Assembly (NCBI RefSeq): GCF_020745735.1
Contig: NC_083404.1
Coordinates: forward strand, 59,085,731 to 59,149,730
Length of the DNA stretch: 64,000 nt
From: Hemiscyllium ocellatum
Taxonomy: Eukaryota
Direction: 5' to 3'
Shown: in pieces, positions 62,380 to 64,000 of the stretch
How positions within the stretch are numbered: position 1 is the first letter of the stretch
Layout: every line of letters begins with the position of its first letter
The notes under the pieces: model-generated
The model's input: the letters and a program-made list of their open reading frames with translations, nothing else
What the model was told of the DNA's origin: nothing
The model's database searches: none
Made by a program: the position numbers and the translations under genes

Positions 62380-62903
62380 AACAACAGCGTTTCAGTTCGA
62401 CAACTTTCACCGGGACACTCCTATTAACTGAAGTGACAATATTCACTCTCACTCCGCTTTCACTGGCATTTCTCCTTTGTCCGGTCAAACATAGGTTAAT
62501 ACACACAAAAGCGCGAAGTAAGAAAACTTTGTATCTAAGTGATGGAACACGGATTGTGGGCGCATTGTTTGTTCAGGTCATGCTTACCGCTTTTGTGTGC
62601 AGCTCCATAGCAACCCAGACTGGTATAAAAGCACTCATTCTTGTTTGTTTTCGTACGTCCAGCAGAACACGCTGTCCCTTTGCCGAAAATTGTACAGCAA
62701 GCAAATTACTCGCTGTGCGTCTCTGCTGTAGCACATCACCGGCTTCAGGAAAAGCTTAGGGGAGGCTGAGCCTGAAACTGATGTAGTCCACAATCCAGAA
62801 TTCCCGCAGGAAAATCTCCAAACAGGCGCAAGGTCACAAGCATCGAATTCTCATAAACCCTTCGCTTTCTGCCTGATCTCGGTTTTGAAATTGCACCATA
62901 TCA
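62380..62903 (+). promoter_or_regulatory. RGS22: RGS22 promoter/5'UTR (CpG-enriched) with RFX X-box-like site and TATA box
   Basis: GCTCCATAGCAAC 62602-62614; TATAAAA 62624-62630; upstream of the RGS22 start exon. Confidence 0.55.
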
Positions 62904-62943
62904 ATGGAGAAACGAAACATATCGCCAGACAAACTGACCACTG
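62904..62943 (+). CDS. RGS22: RGS22 first coding exon (MEKRNISPDKLTT(E))
   Basis: ATG 62904; donor G|gtaggt; phase 1 joins the next micro-exon; resembles the mammalian N-terminus MPEKRLTAE; expected by synteny. Confidence 0.65.
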
Positions 62944-63360
62944 GTAGGTGGGCGTTTGATCCGGAGAACCGTGGGAGATGCTCAGCGACCTGGTTCAATG
63001 TAAAACGAACCAGAGTCTGGCGCACTCTATGAAATTCGAAGACAGTAGGTTTTATTGTAGATACACAAACCTACTCCTACGGCTTGTCACTTGATGACGG
63101 GCCAAGGAAAATTTTCAGCAAATAAAGCAAAATACAGGCCAAGTAAAATACAGTCTCTTGGCATTTGAAATGATTGGTATGAAATTTCAGAAACACTGGC
63201 AGTTGGTTCTAAGGCGCTGAATAAGACCGTGGTTTGGTTTCTACGTTTTAGTCGACCTTTGCGATATTTATTACTTGTTTATGAGGTTAATTTTAGTGAG
63301 CTCAAGATTGCGAGGACGGCATTCTAAACATCTTAACTCAGATTTCTTTTTGTTTTTCAG

Positions 63361-63389
63361 AACCTCCTGATATAACAGCGGATGACTTT
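63361..63389 (+). CDS. RGS22: RGS22 second coding exon (29 nt; (E)PPDITADDF)
   Basis: Strong acceptor tttttcag| and donor |gtaagt; peptide resembles mammalian EPPTITEEEF. Confidence 0.8.
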
Positions 63390-64000
63390 GTAAGTGCACG
63401 CATCGAGGGTGAAATTATATGGTAAAACAATTTACTGCAGATGTTAGGGATCTTAAATAAAAACAAGAAGTGCTGGAGAAACTCAGGTAGAACATTTCGA
63501 ATCCAGAATGGCATCTCCAAAACTGAAAATTAAAACTAAACGTAGGAGCAAATTACTGCAAATGTTGGAAGCTGAACTGAAAAAAAGATGCTGGATATCA
63601 CAGCGGGTCAGGCAGCATCCATGGAGAGAAAGCAAACTAACATTTCGGGTCGAGATAACCCTCCATCAGATTTCCAGCATTTTTTGTTTTCAATGAAAAT
63701 TATATGTTGGGTGAATGCATTCTCTCCTTCCCATTTGGGAGTATCTTTTGAATGCTTTCAGAAAAACCCTACAAAAGAGAATATTGTATACAAGTAAAGT
63801 GCATGGGATTGGGGTAGTGTTTTGGGATGGGCAGAAATTTGTTTAACAAATAGGAATAAATGGTCTTTTTCTGAATGGCAGGCATGAAATAAAACAATGT
63901 ACTGGAAGTGTTTCCTTATATAATTCACACCTTTTAAACAGAATAGTTTAACTTTGTACAGCAAGAATTCTCTAAATATGCCTGAAACTAAGATATATCT

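Overview
This is eukaryotic, repeat-rich vertebrate DNA, most likely from a cartilaginous fish (shark). That assignment is inferred from HE1-type V-SINEs, HER1-like CR1 LINEs and the protein divergence. Reading splice sites directly gives three syntenic genes: POLR2K on the - strand (58 aa, last intron U12-type), FBXO43/Emi2 on the + strand (four firm coding exons plus a probable first coding exon, about 669-704 aa), and the first two coding exons of RGS22 on the + strand at the right edge. Most remaining sequence is decayed CR1, Rex1, L2, Penelope and SINE material. The most unusual object is a ~2 kb non-autonomous LTR element in POLR2K intron 1 (15891-17877). It has LTR, tRNA-Arg-like PBS, PPT and second LTR, and its only recognisable cargo is a spliced, internally deleted RBPMS2/Hermes cDNA, so it looks like LTR-mediated gene capture. 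Also notable are a Gmr1-type Gypsy element (integrase before RT) in FBXO43 intron 4, short TSD-flanked fold-back elements carrying minimal hammerhead ribozymes, an oocyte-type CPE/PBE/Hex code in the FBXO43 3'UTR, and E2F/CHR/RFX promoter motifs. Exon, TSD and motif coordinates were counted by hand; boundaries of decayed repeats are approximate.
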